55,777 bases of DNA. Origin: a virus (taxonomy: Duplodnaviria > Caudoviricetes). This document shows positions 10,776 to 20,338 of this stretch, in pieces (the first letter of the stretch is position 1; each line of letters opens with the position of its first letter). The stretch lies in IMG/VR virus record IMGVR_UViG_3300018080_000215, positions 1-55,777 of that record; one strand, 5' to 3'. Under the pieces are notes generated by a model. That model saw nothing but the letters and a program-made list of their open reading frames with translations, did not search any database and was not told where the DNA came from. The translations under genes and the position numbers were made by a program.

Positions 10776-11915
10776 TCACTCTTGGTCGGGCAGTTGAGAC
10801 GAATAGTAGCCCATCGTTCGCGGAGTGGGATAGCCGATGGGGCTTGGCTGTCCGCTCAAGGGGGACACAACGTCCCGCTCCATCGCCAGCCGCAGATCGC
10901 GATTGAACAACTGCACCACATCTGCCCCAGGCTTCCCGGCAAGCCTCGCGTACCACATCTCCGCTGCCGAAAGAACAGCGGTGTACATCTGCGGGCTACA
11001 GTCGATCTTGTCTGTGATGGTGTATTTTAATTGCAAATTGAACCCGTATGTCAGCCCCGGGGGCTTGAAATACAAAGTAGTGGCACTCACAACCTCTGTG
11101 ATCTCCGCTTCGTCTTGAAAGGGGGTTAGTGACCCGAGCGGTTCGGGGTAATCGGTGTCAGTGCCTAATCGAATAATGCTGCCCACCATATCAGGACTCA
11201 TGGCATCTTGGTTGCTGGCACCTTGTAAACCAGAATGTCCGAATAGGGTGGTGGCAAACTGTGGTTCATAGCCGATGTACTTAATCATCTTCGGCTGGTA
11301 ACGGTAGGTGTAGTGAATCACCGTCGAGTTGGTAGGAACTCCAACGAAACGCACTTGGTAGCGGTCAGGGTTCACATCTGACCGCATAATGGTGTAGTAG
11401 AAGGGTTCGCCAGACCCCCGAGTGTTCACCTCAAGACGTTGCCATTCCTGCGGCGTTATGTAGCAGTGCAGCGTACCGACTGTGTCGGTGACTAAGGCGT
11501 CGATGTCTTTGAGGTCGGGCGGCAGATCGTAGTAAGTCTGTACCAATACCGGTACAGTCGAACCGTCTTTTTTGGCGGCAGTATCCAGGGTTATCTGGGT
11601 GCCGTTGATGGAGGTGACGCGAACGGGGTGAGAAAAGTATTCCGGGGAGATTTCCAGCATCCTGCCGACCACAATGCCTGTTGCGTCAGCCACAAAGATG
11701 GTAGCGTTGCCGTTAGTAATGGTGGCGGTGGTGGAAATCTGCTGCGTAACGAATGACCCGGTCTTGGTGTGCCATAGCCAGTTCTTGGCATGGAGAACTT
11801 CCCGCGCCCCATGAATGACTGCTTTGGTGATAGCAGTATGCTGCCCGTCTTGGGCACCGCCGCCAGTAGCCGTAAGCAGATAATCGGCAACGTCTTGAGC
11901 GGTGTGGATAATCAT
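10776..11915 (-). CDS. Head-tail adaptor (tail-tubular-A-like) with inserted domain
   Basis: W.W...., YDLPPD, ITPQEW..GEP.YY pattern; position between portal and nozzle. Confidence 0.6.
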   Translation of the reverse strand: MIIHTAQDVADYLLTATGGGAQDGQHTAITKAVIHGAREVLHAKNWLWHTKTGSFVTQQISTTATITNGNATIFVADATGIVVGRMLEISPEYFSHPVRVTSINGTQITLDTAAKKDGSTVPVLVQTYYDLPPDLKDIDALVTDTVGTLHCYITPQEWQRLEVNTRGSGEPFYYTIMRSDVNPDRYQVRFVGVPTNSTVIHYTYRYQPKMIKYIGYEPQFATTLFGHSGLQGASNQDAMSPDMVGSIIRLGTDTDYPEPLGSLTPFQDEAEITEVVSATTLYFKPPGLTYGFNLQLKYTITDKIDCSPQMYTAVLSAAEMWYARLAGKPGADVVQLFNRDLRLAMERDVVSPLSGQPSPIGYPTPRTMGYYSSQLPDQE

Positions 11916-12460
11916 GTTGCCTTGTTTCGCTTGTGGCGGGGCGCATGTTTCTCAACGATCATTTCTCGCAACTCACCTTCTTTCCTTCCCGGGTGTGCCT
12001 TCTTGTATTTCTTCAGGGCTTTCTGCATGAGCCTTTCAGAAAGTGGCACTGGTGGCGGCGGGGGTATTGGCTCGGCAGTGTGTTCGACAATGCCGGTGAC
12101 ATTGAGGTTCCGCTGCTGGGCTACCTTTTTGATGTCGCTGGCCGAGTCAATCCAGGCAGCCGGGTCGGCTGGGCCTCGCTTGTCGGCCAAGCCGGATTGG
12201 TAGTATTTCCCAGAAGTGTTAATGCCAGCCTGCTTGGCGGCATTAAGAATCCTCTTCCTGTTGGCTGGCGATAGTTCGCTCATCCACTCCCCGTTGTACC
12301 GTCCTTGCATTACGGCTCGGTCTGTTCCTCGCACCCCGGGAGGTGCCTGCAAGGCGCACATTTCTGCGAACATCTCGGATTGGCCTTGCTGGATCATCTT
12401 GAGAAAGTGATCGACTGCTGCCTTTCCGGCTTCTCTGACGCTGGTTGGTACTGCTGGCAT
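11912..12460 (-). CDS. Hypothetical protein
   Basis: 182-aa ORF coupled to the adaptor (ATGA overlap). Confidence 0.65.
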   Translation of the reverse strand: MPAVPTSVREAGKAAVDHFLKMIQQGQSEMFAEMCALQAPPGVRGTDRAVMQGRYNGEWMSELSPANRKRILNAAKQAGINTSGKYYQSGLADKRGPADPAAWIDSASDIKKVAQQRNLNVTGIVEHTAEPIPPPPPVPLSERLMQKALKKYKKAHPGRKEGELREMIVEKHAPRHKRNKAT

Positions 12461-12722
12461 GGCGGCTAAGGTATTGCATGGCCCTTCGGGCAGAAGGAAG
12501 CGAATCTCCGATCATCCCCAATCCGGTATTGCATTTCTGACACAGCACCCCGCGTATCAGTCCGGTCTTATGGCAGTGATCCACATGGGTCGCCTGCCTG
12601 GAACGACAGATAGGGCATACACCTTTGGTTTTGCGTTTCAAGCGGTCAAACTGCGAAATCGTCAACCCATATCGTTGCTTCAGATTAGATGCCCGCTTGC
12701 GAAGGCGTTTGTCTGAAGACAT
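12243..12722 (-). CDS. Endonuclease VII-family (His-Me finger) nuclease
   Basis: RYGLT...CPIC...HVDHCHKTG.IRGVLC.KCNTGLG signature. Confidence 0.9.
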   Translation of the reverse strand: MSSDKRLRKRASNLKQRYGLTISQFDRLKRKTKGVCPICRSRQATHVDHCHKTGLIRGVLCQKCNTGLGMIGDSLPSARRAMQYLSRHASSTNQRQRSRKGSSRSLSQDDPARPIRDVRRNVRLAGTSRGARNRPSRNARTVQRGVDERTIASQQEEDS

Positions 12723-12731
12723 AGGTGAGTT

Positions 12732-14825
12732 TTATTGAGGGGGCGGCTGCAACTCACTTGGTATCTGGTCTGCGGGCGGCGGCTCCATGCCTTCTGGTAA
12801 AGGCAACTCTTCTAACGGTGGGCCACCCGCCCCCGCCGCCGCCTGCTCTGGCGGGGGGGACAGCCCGGGCGGCGCGGCTGGGGGCGTAGGCGGCGGGAGT
12901 GGTGGAGGAGGCGGCAGCAAGTACGGGGTGGCGTCAATGTCCAACGAGTCAGCCCAATCGTTGATAAGGGCATTCATCGGATCGACGAACCCTGACATAG
13001 CAAGCGGTTGCAGAAGCGGGCCAAGCGTTTGGACGGCCATCTGCATCTGCTCAACGCGAGTAGCCTTGTTTGGCTTGCGGGCAGAACCAGCCTCAACGCG
13101 ATACAAGAAGTCTCTAGTTAGGCTAACAATGTCCATGTTGCCTACGCTCTTATCCCAGGCAGCGGAGGCTAGGGGGCCAAGGACAGGGACAACGTCTTCG
13201 CCCGTCAACAGCCACCGGCAGGCAAGGGCTTCTCGGCGGGCCAGAAGACTCATGCAGTCCTCGACCTCGTTCGCCATGTTGTCGGGCCTAATCGAAATGT
13301 TCTCTTGCTTTATTTGCGCCTCTGCTGCACTTCTGTACTGTGCCCTGGTAAGCCCATAAGCCAGTTCTGACAAGCCGGTGCGTTTGTCGAAAAGGTCGAA
13401 TACGGCTTGGATAATGTCGTAGAGGTCTTTGTTGACCTGGGGCATTTGGAATACAGACAGCACATCTTGGACAGATCGCCCAAGCATTTCACTCAATTCG
13501 ACAATCTTGAACCCACCCTGCGTAGGTGCCAGGATTTGGTCTTTGAGGTCTTGGTCGGCGGCTTTCGATACGCCAACCATCGTTTCGCAAGAAGTGGCAA
13601 CGCGGGTAGCCAGAAACGACATAGCCCAATTCAGAAACCGCAATTCAGGAATCGCGGGGCGTATGTGGCTAATCGGCCAAGCGTAGTTAGGCTTGGTGTG
13701 GAACGACAGCATGGTGAACGGCCAGCCCCTCGGGTCGGCGTAGTAGGGGATGGGCCATGCTGCCCTAACTAGCAGACTGTCGGGGATACCCGATTCTTCG
13801 CCAACTGGTTCATCGAGAACCTCTGGCGGGATATTCAGCGGGTATTCGACGCCTTCGCAGATAACCAGATAGACGTAATCGCCCAACGTATCGAACACAC
13901 CCTTGTTTTCTTTGGGTGCGTCCATGAGCCGGTCGCCAGCCCCGCACTTCGACCACACCTTATAGATTGTGACGAGGTCGTTCGTCTGGCCTTTGTCCCT
14001 TTTGTTGCGGCCCCTGCGCGGCTCGCTGTCGCACTTAATGGTGGTCGAGGAGTTCAGGTGCTTCTTGAGGTCGGCTTCTGGAACACCGTACTCCAGGGCG
14101 ACTTCCCGCAGCGGGCGAACCTGTCGCCGCGCACACCACAACATATCGTCCATGTTGTCAAAATCGGGATCAATCAACAGGTTGTCTACGGTGTCATAGA
14201 AAGACCCGATCATTCTCACTGGAGGGGTGCTGCCGTTACCCGAAGTTTCCAGCGTCAACAACTCTGTCCAGAAGACCCCGGCACCCTTGACCAGTGCTTC
14301 GTTGCAGACCTTGCGGGCCTGCGTCTTCAGGTCTAACTCAACAGGAGTCCAGTTGAGATACGCCTGCATCAATTCGGCAGCAACCCGCCTGTCCATCTTG
14401 GAATCTTGCTGTTGCTGCAATACCGTCATGATCTGCTGCTGCTGGGGCGTAACAGCCTGCGGATTCATGGGGTCGGGAGGCGGCACACCGAGGACTACGG
14501 GGTCAATCTCGGGATGCTCCATCACCGTCACCGTCCTAACGGGATTGCGGTGATAGATTACTGAGCCGAAGATTTCGACTAACTCAAATACCTTATTTAC
14601 TTGCATACGGAAGGCGGGCGGCGAAATGCTCGCGTTGTACCCGCGCTCGCCGCGCGAATACTGATCCTTCCACATGAAGTTGTGTTCACCGTCAAAGAAG
14701 TTTGCGGCTTCTTTGGCGTCTTCCGTAAAAGGCTTTTTGTACTTGATCGCGGCTTCGATCTTCTTGATCCAAGTCGAGACGATCTGCCTTAGCGGATTAC
14801 TTGGCGGCAACTTGCTCGCGGGCAC
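12732..14825 (-). CDS. Portal protein with Pro-rich C-terminus
   Basis: 697 aa, downstream of TerL; TGLSELAYG....RSAAEAQI and YRVEAGS pattern of podoviral portals. Confidence 0.8.
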   Translation of the reverse strand: MPASKLPPSNPLRQIVSTWIKKIEAAIKYKKPFTEDAKEAANFFDGEHNFMWKDQYSRGERGYNASISPPAFRMQVNKVFELVEIFGSVIYHRNPVRTVTVMEHPEIDPVVLGVPPPDPMNPQAVTPQQQQIMTVLQQQQDSKMDRRVAAELMQAYLNWTPVELDLKTQARKVCNEALVKGAGVFWTELLTLETSGNGSTPPVRMIGSFYDTVDNLLIDPDFDNMDDMLWCARRQVRPLREVALEYGVPEADLKKHLNSSTTIKCDSEPRRGRNKRDKGQTNDLVTIYKVWSKCGAGDRLMDAPKENKGVFDTLGDYVYLVICEGVEYPLNIPPEVLDEPVGEESGIPDSLLVRAAWPIPYYADPRGWPFTMLSFHTKPNYAWPISHIRPAIPELRFLNWAMSFLATRVATSCETMVGVSKAADQDLKDQILAPTQGGFKIVELSEMLGRSVQDVLSVFQMPQVNKDLYDIIQAVFDLFDKRTGLSELAYGLTRAQYRSAAEAQIKQENISIRPDNMANEVEDCMSLLARREALACRWLLTGEDVVPVLGPLASAAWDKSVGNMDIVSLTRDFLYRVEAGSARKPNKATRVEQMQMAVQTLGPLLQPLAMSGFVDPMNALINDWADSLDIDATPYLLPPPPPLPPPTPPAAPPGLSPPPEQAAAGAGGPPLEELPLPEGMEPPPADQIPSELQPPPQ

Positions 14826-15132
14826 TGGCTCTTACCTCCGCAGCCTTCTGCTTTTTCGCCATCGCGTTCTTAGTCGTTTCGGTGAAATCCCATACGCCAA
14901 GTTGATCCCAGCCATTGTCGAGTTTGATGCCTGGGTCATCGCGGTGGTGGACGCTGGGTCGCTCCACCCAGCCCGCAGTGGGAGTAAAAGTAAGAATCTG
15001 GATGGTGCTGTCGCCGGGTTCTTTGATAACCCACCCTATACATGGGCTAGAAAATGTGTGTTGATCCAGGGAAAAGAGGACAACATCGCCCAGATTTGGC
15101 TTGGGCATTCGCCAGTTCGCAGTTTCACTCAT
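14797..15132 (-). CDS. Hypothetical protein
   Basis: Coupled ORF between TerL and portal. Confidence 0.65.
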   Translation of the reverse strand: MSETANWRMPKPNLGDVVLFSLDQHTFSSPCIGWVIKEPGDSTIQILTFTPTAGWVERPSVHHRDDPGIKLDNGWDQLGVWDFTETTKNAMAKKQKAAEVRASAREQVAAK

Positions 15133-16819
15133 TGGAAGAGTCTCCTTGTGGGCCTAAGTATATGAACGAATCCTGTTGTAGCCCCATCCGTTTTTTTCGG
15201 TTGGCTCGCCACTTGACCCACCAGGGTTCGTCTTCTACCTGAACAGGGGGTTTGTGATAACGGGGTCTGAAGGCGGCGAGGTACTCCATGCACTGGACAA
15301 GGTGGGTGTCGCCCTTTGTAACAGGCTGGTCGGTGACAATGGCAGTCCCGGCTACGAAGTTGACCCGCTTGCGGTAACGCTTGATTTCCCGCTCTAGGTC
15401 GGGCAGGGAGTGGTAGAGAACCCTGAAGAGCGGGCTGCCGCTGGGTCGGATATGCAGCGAGTTCCGGGTTGCCTCCGTTCTGGCGGGTATGTCATCGCAA
15501 CCGGCTATGAAGGAGTGCCCGGTGGTTTCGCTGCGGATTCCGCGCTTGACCAGTTGCTCTGTGTATTGCTCGACGGGCAGGCGTCCCGAGCCGATGTCCC
15601 GAATCCTGCCGCCATGAGCGTCGATGATGAATGCCTGGAAGGGGTGTTTGACCTTGCCTGCAAACTTCTCTCCGAAAATCTGGGCATTGCAATGCCGTAT
15701 GTAGAGTTGGTCATACAGCAAGACGAATTCTTCAGACGGCGGTACTGCGGCGAACAGCACTGCGGTAACTGAATGCCCGGGGTCGATTACCGCATAGCGG
15801 CACCAATCGTTGGGGATTTGGCCGTCTGGCAGTTCTGTACGCTCCATCCCATGCACCCGCATATCGAAGTTGGGGTACATGAGGATGCTGTCGGTGATGA
15901 AATCACCCTCAGATCGCATCCGCAGAATATCTTCGCCGCTGGCTGCCCACCGCTCGATGGACTTCCGTTTTTCATCTTCATCTAGGTGCGGGTTGTCGAG
16001 CATCCGCAGTTTGAACTGGACGATGTCCGGGTTTTCTGGATTAGCCTCCAGTACCGCATCTGCCCGCTCTTTCAGATTCAAAAGCGCATTATTCGTTGAA
16101 TGGGGCATGGCTGACCAGCAAAGCACCCCTTTGCGGTCAACGAGCCTCGCCTGCATTTCGGGAACCCAGGACTCAGAATTCAAGTCTTCGTCGAAATGGC
16201 ACCTGTCGCAAGAAAATCCTTGCGGGGGTTCCCCTTCAGAACTAAAGAAATAGATTTGCCACCCGTTGTGCATAATGCAGTGCTGTATGTACTTGGCAGA
16301 CTTCAGCACCCAAGATCGCTTAGAGACGAGTCGGGCAGGGATGAGGGGCGGGGCAGGGCGGCACTGATCCTTGCGGTCGGCATCTGTGTTCGGATTGTAT
16401 GCCCGCCATTCCTTCGTCTCTAAGTCTTTGATGATCTTGTAAGCCCCCTTTTCAAATAGTAGGGGGTATACGGTTAGACCAATATGCCGCCAATCTTTCC
16501 CGATAATCACAAGTACCCCGTTTTCCTTCGGGTACTTGTTGTAGGGGTCTTGCCCAGTAACAGCCCTGGCGTCTTCCACAAACGTACACAGGGATTTGCC
16601 TGACCGATTGCCGCCGATCACCAAGATTTCATGGGCGCGGCATTCATGAATCTTCTGCTGGGTCGGGGTCGGCTGGTATAGCCTCAGACCCTCCAGCCTT
16701 CTTTCCCTCAGTTCGGACTGAATCGACTTGATCTCGTCCTTCTGAAATTCGGTCAGGGAGGGCGGGGATGGAATGATCGGTGGTGTCGGAATCTGGGGAT
16801 GGCGGGAGGGCTTTGGCAT
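15125..16819 (-). CDS. terL: Terminase large subunit
   Basis: PTPTQ Q-motif, Walker A GGNRSGKS, Walker B CHFDE, nuclease AVIDPG and C-terminal DTHLVQCMEY. Confidence 0.92.
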   Translation of the reverse strand: MPKPSRHPQIPTPPIIPSPPSLTEFQKDEIKSIQSELRERRLEGLRLYQPTPTQQKIHECRAHEILVIGGNRSGKSLCTFVEDARAVTGQDPYNKYPKENGVLVIIGKDWRHIGLTVYPLLFEKGAYKIIKDLETKEWRAYNPNTDADRKDQCRPAPPLIPARLVSKRSWVLKSAKYIQHCIMHNGWQIYFFSSEGEPPQGFSCDRCHFDEDLNSESWVPEMQARLVDRKGVLCWSAMPHSTNNALLNLKERADAVLEANPENPDIVQFKLRMLDNPHLDEDEKRKSIERWAASGEDILRMRSEGDFITDSILMYPNFDMRVHGMERTELPDGQIPNDWCRYAVIDPGHSVTAVLFAAVPPSEEFVLLYDQLYIRHCNAQIFGEKFAGKVKHPFQAFIIDAHGGRIRDIGSGRLPVEQYTEQLVKRGIRSETTGHSFIAGCDDIPARTEATRNSLHIRPSGSPLFRVLYHSLPDLEREIKRYRKRVNFVAGTAIVTDQPVTKGDTHLVQCMEYLAAFRPRYHKPPVQVEDEPWWVKWRANRKKRMGLQQDSFIYLGPQGDSSNE

Positions 16820-17309
16820 CTAGGGTAATCCCCTTATATGTCTGGATGGCTTGCTGGAACCGGGCATCCAACTCCGCTTCGAGTTCTTCTTCAGTCCAGA
16901 GGCTAAGAGGCTTCTTGGCACCGCCAACCTCTACGTTCTTGGAAACCAGCCTTGTAATAGTCTCGATCAGTTTGTTTCTAGCAGACGATCCTGGCGGCGA
17001 ATCATAGTATTGTTTGACCAGAATTGAGGCGAATCCAGAGACACCACCGAAATACTGGAAGACCCTTTCCAGCACTTCGGCAGAGTGCGGGATATTGCTG
17101 CCGCCATTGGTGGCAATTTCGGCGAACAGATCGACGCCAGCGGACTCAATCTTGGCAAGTCTCTTCGCCCGCCGAGCCTGCTTTCGTTCAGCCTGTTTCT
17201 TCTGTTGCTGTAAAAGACAGAGTTTGCAAGTAGACGGTGCCTTTTTGCTCCAGTTTTCGGGAGCATCGTCATACTCGTTGGCACAAACGCCGCAAGTCTT
17301 TTTGCCCAT
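16644..17309 (-). CDS. Probable terminase small subunit with N-terminal Zn finger
   Basis: CxxC...CxxC N-terminus, TEEELEAEL motif, immediately upstream of TerL. Confidence 0.5.
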   Translation of the reverse strand: MGKKTCGVCANEYDDAPENWSKKAPSTCKLCLLQQQKKQAERKQARRAKRLAKIESAGVDLFAEIATNGGSNIPHSAEVLERVFQYFGGVSGFASILVKQYYDSPPGSSARNKLIETITRLVSKNVEVGGAKKPLSLWTEEELEAELDARFQQAIQTYKGITLDAKALPPSPDSDTTDHSIPALPDRISEGRDQVDSVRTEGKKAGGSEAIPADPDPAEDS

Positions 17310-17319
17310 GCCGATAGCA

Positions 17320-17352
17320 TAACACCCCCCCGGGGCAACCGGAGGGGTGTTA
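17320..17352. terminator. Stem-loop downstream of capsid genes (terminator/processing site)
   Basis: TAACACCCC...GGGGTGTTA inverted repeat in the intergenic gap. Confidence 0.55.
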
Positions 17353-17381
17353 GCGGACGTTACAGAGAAGCGTTGTGGTGG

Positions 17382-18077
17382 TCAGGCCCAGCCAACCCCG
17401 TTGGTAAAGACCCGCACCGTAGCACCGGCAGAAGCAGCGGTGCCGCCGAGAGTCTGGTCGTAGGTGGCCGGATCAATCGTCCCGAACGCCTGACCAATCA
17501 CCACACTTTCAGCATTACCGGTGGCAACCGGGAGAATGTTGGTGGCAGCAGTCACCTTTCCGGGGTCTGCGCCAGCCGGGGAAACCCGAACTGCCGCACC
17601 GGGGTTGATCGCTCCACCGACAATCTTCTTCAGGTTGGCTGGCCCCTTAAAGACCAACCAGACGATGTCGTTAGCCCGCACAGTGCCGGTCAGGTACTCG
17701 TCAAGGAACGCGACCCGCTTGCCGGTCACAACGTCGGCACTGGTAGCCTTCGCGGTGAACTCGGCAGTGCCGGTCATTCCAGACGCAGCCTTGAGGACGT
17801 AAGCCTGACCGGAATCCGCACCGTCGCGGTTGGCATTCAGGACGGTACTTTCGTTAGCGGGCTTGAACCGAGCCGCTACGCAGTACACCAGTTCGTTGGA
17901 CAGGCGAGTCTTGGCAACAGGGTGAATGTCCTGAAACGCCTTGACCTGACCGACGATCTCGCTGCCAGCGGCAGGAACCCCATTGGCGTAGGAGTCACCG
18001 CTGGAATACTCAATGGCTTCCCCATTGAGAAGAGTGGTGCCGCGAGTGAAAGGGGGGTCGCTAAAAAGCGATGACAT
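17382..18077 (-). CDS. Capsid decoration/cement-like protein
   Basis: Ala/Gly/Val-rich, directly downstream of MCP, DIVWLVFKGPA motif. Confidence 0.55.
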   Translation of the reverse strand: MSSLFSDPPFTRGTTLLNGEAIEYSSGDSYANGVPAAGSEIVGQVKAFQDIHPVAKTRLSNELVYCVAARFKPANESTVLNANRDGADSGQAYVLKAASGMTGTAEFTAKATSADVVTGKRVAFLDEYLTGTVRANDIVWLVFKGPANLKKIVGGAINPGAAVRVSPAGADPGKVTAATNILPVATGNAESVVIGQAFGTIDPATYDQTLGGTAASAGATVRVFTNGVGWA

Positions 18078-18089
18078 TTGGTGTACCTC

Positions 18090-19235
18090 TTATTGGTCGG
18101 GGCCGTCAGTGAGAAGGAAGAAGTTCCGAGGACTACGAAAACGCAGGTTCCCGAGGACGCTACAGGAATACCTATATGACTGTAGTTCCTCGTTAAAGAA
18201 CGGCCCCTCCGCAGTAAACAACTGCGACTCAAGGCAGTGCATCTCCATGTTTCCGATGGAGATTCCGTAGCCCTGGCCTGCCGGAACCGAATACTCCGAC
18301 GCAATTTCGACCCCGTCCTGCTCGAAGACATCAGTAAACCCGTATGCCCGTAGGCCGGTCGAGCGGGTCACAATCGCCCGTTCGCTGCTGCTAAGGCGAT
18401 TGAGGTACTGAATGTAGAGGTTGCGGTCGAGAATCACCATGTCAATGGCCGATTCCCTGGTGTCATTGCGCTTGGTCTGGAAAATTCCTTCGCGAGTAGC
18501 CTCGACGCAGTTCTCTTTCCAGGAGTTGCCGTTCGGAACTCCGAAGCCAGTGCTGTTGTAATTGATGAGGATCGGCGAGTAAAAGTCCGCTTCTGGATCA
18601 ACAGGGCAAACCGGCCAAGTGCTGGTGCCACTCAGCCGCCCGCCACCGTAGTAGCCGAGGTTCGTCCGCAGGCCCGCGTAAGTATCGTCGGGCAGGAGGA
18701 ACTTATCATCGACATTGGCATTCCGGGCCTTGAACGGGTCGGTGGTCTGGCTGGTGTCGATGGACTGATTGGAGTGCCCGGTGAAACTACCAAGCCCATG
18801 AAAGTCATTTTCATGGCCCGGGGCATTCCCATCCGCGTAGACCTGAAAAGCAAGATGCTGTTCGAGGGACTCCTGCAACCGGGTAGCCATACCGGAGGCG
18901 ACGTTAACCAAAGCCTCCTGGTTCCGGTTCTCCAACATCTCCCTACGATAAATACTGTCTGTGGTTACGAAGCCGCGCCAAGGGAGTTCCGCTCGCTTCC
19001 AGAGCGACTGTCGAGAAAAGGTTCTAGGAGTATCGCCCGTATTACCGGAAACAGGGGTATTGCGATAACGGACATTCCAGTCCATCCCGCGCCCCGATTG
19101 ATTCATCATGACGTTGCCGCTGGCTTCCAGGGCGGCAAACACCTTGAACTTACGGAAAGTAGCCAGTTCCTCTTCCCGCAGGTGATTTACGATAGTCGTT
19201 CCGATAACCCGCGACCAATCGGTAGGAGAAGCCAT
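18090..19235 (-). CDS. Major capsid protein
   Basis: 381 aa after scaffold; SGR.MDWNV, YADG.......DFHGL pattern and GNL.FRSPR C-terminus typical of HK97-fold capsids; AGAAAG RBS. Confidence 0.8.
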   Translation of the reverse strand: MASPTDWSRVIGTTIVNHLREEELATFRKFKVFAALEASGNVMMNQSGRGMDWNVRYRNTPVSGNTGDTPRTFSRQSLWKRAELPWRGFVTTDSIYRREMLENRNQEALVNVASGMATRLQESLEQHLAFQVYADGNAPGHENDFHGLGSFTGHSNQSIDTSQTTDPFKARNANVDDKFLLPDDTYAGLRTNLGYYGGGRLSGTSTWPVCPVDPEADFYSPILINYNSTGFGVPNGNSWKENCVEATREGIFQTKRNDTRESAIDMVILDRNLYIQYLNRLSSSERAIVTRSTGLRAYGFTDVFEQDGVEIASEYSVPAGQGYGISIGNMEMHCLESQLFTAEGPFFNEELQSYRYSCSVLGNLRFRSPRNFFLLTDGPDQ

Positions 19236-19254
19236 GTCTTTCTGTACCTTTCCG

Positions 19255-20334
19255 CTATTCCAAGTTGGAAATGCCTTGCGCTCTTAGGTCAGCCTTCAAG
19301 CGTTCGGCGAAAGTGAGGGGGCGTTGGGGAACTCTGGAGTCGGTGGTTGCTGCGGAGTTGCGAGGAGCGGTGCGTTTCGCTTGCGTCCTCAGAAACTCCA
19401 TATTGCGTTGAGCCTGCTGCTGCTGCTGATTTTGCTGCGGTGCGGGCTGCGGTGCGGGTGCTGCTTGCTGTGGGGCTGGTGCTTGCTGCTGAAACTGCTG
19501 AACTACTTGCAATGCCAAGTCTCGTTCAAGTTTGGCGACTGCGTAGTCCCATCGAGCCTCGGGATCGGAAATGCCCATTCCCTTAGCGTCTTCAATGTAT
19601 TTCTGGACTATGACCCCTTCGCGAGATGCAATCTTTTTTTCAGGGTCTTGGTATAGCCACTCAGCATTTTCTTGCTCGATCTGCTGGACGAAATTCTCCT
19701 GACGCTGGCGGGTGATCTGCTGACTCACCATCTGCTCTGCCCGTTGGGTGGCAATTTGCTCCACCATCGGGCCTAACGCCTGCTCGGGATTGTCGAGGAA
19801 TTTGCGGGCGAAATCGGCCCGGTAGTTCATCCATTCCGTAAGTTGGGCCTTTGCCTCAAGCGGCGCATGTTCTGCGATGGTTTCGCGGCCTTCAGCATCG
19901 CGGACGAGGTATTGCTTGTAGGAGTCTTTGAGTTGCGGAGGCGACCACCAACTGGGCTTTTCCGGTTCCGGCTGCGGCGCAGCCTGCTGCTGTGCCGGTG
20001 CCTGCTGTGCTTCCCGCCACTTCTGGAACGCTTCCCGCTGCGGGAGATACTCGGAAACCACCGGGACGAGTTGCTGATACTGCTGGAGTGCCCGGGTCGC
20101 GGCCTGCTCCCGCTGCATGGTTTCGTACAAGTTTTGGGCAATTTGCCGATCATCCATCCCCTGGAACTGCGGCAAGTCCCGGAAGCCAGCGTAGTAATCT
20201 TCGGGTGCTTGCTGCGTAGCGGCACCCTGCTCGGCAGATGCTTCGGGTGATTCGTAGCCGGAATCCTCACTGCCCGCTTCTGCGGACACATCGGCAACTT
20301 CCTCGACCTCTGCTTCCATCGTTTCTTCAGACAT
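19255..20334 (-). CDS. Capsid scaffolding protein
   Basis: Acidic N-terminus, Gln-rich coiled coil, basic C-terminus, upstream of MCP; start MSEETME with AGGTGA RBS. Confidence 0.7.
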   Translation of the reverse strand: MSEETMEAEVEEVADVSAEAGSEDSGYESPEASAEQGAATQQAPEDYYAGFRDLPQFQGMDDRQIAQNLYETMQREQAATRALQQYQQLVPVVSEYLPQREAFQKWREAQQAPAQQQAAPQPEPEKPSWWSPPQLKDSYKQYLVRDAEGRETIAEHAPLEAKAQLTEWMNYRADFARKFLDNPEQALGPMVEQIATQRAEQMVSQQITRQRQENFVQQIEQENAEWLYQDPEKKIASREGVIVQKYIEDAKGMGISDPEARWDYAVAKLERDLALQVVQQFQQQAPAPQQAAPAPQPAPQQNQQQQQAQRNMEFLRTQAKRTAPRNSAATTDSRVPQRPLTFAERLKADLRAQGISNLE

Positions 20335-20338
20335 TGTC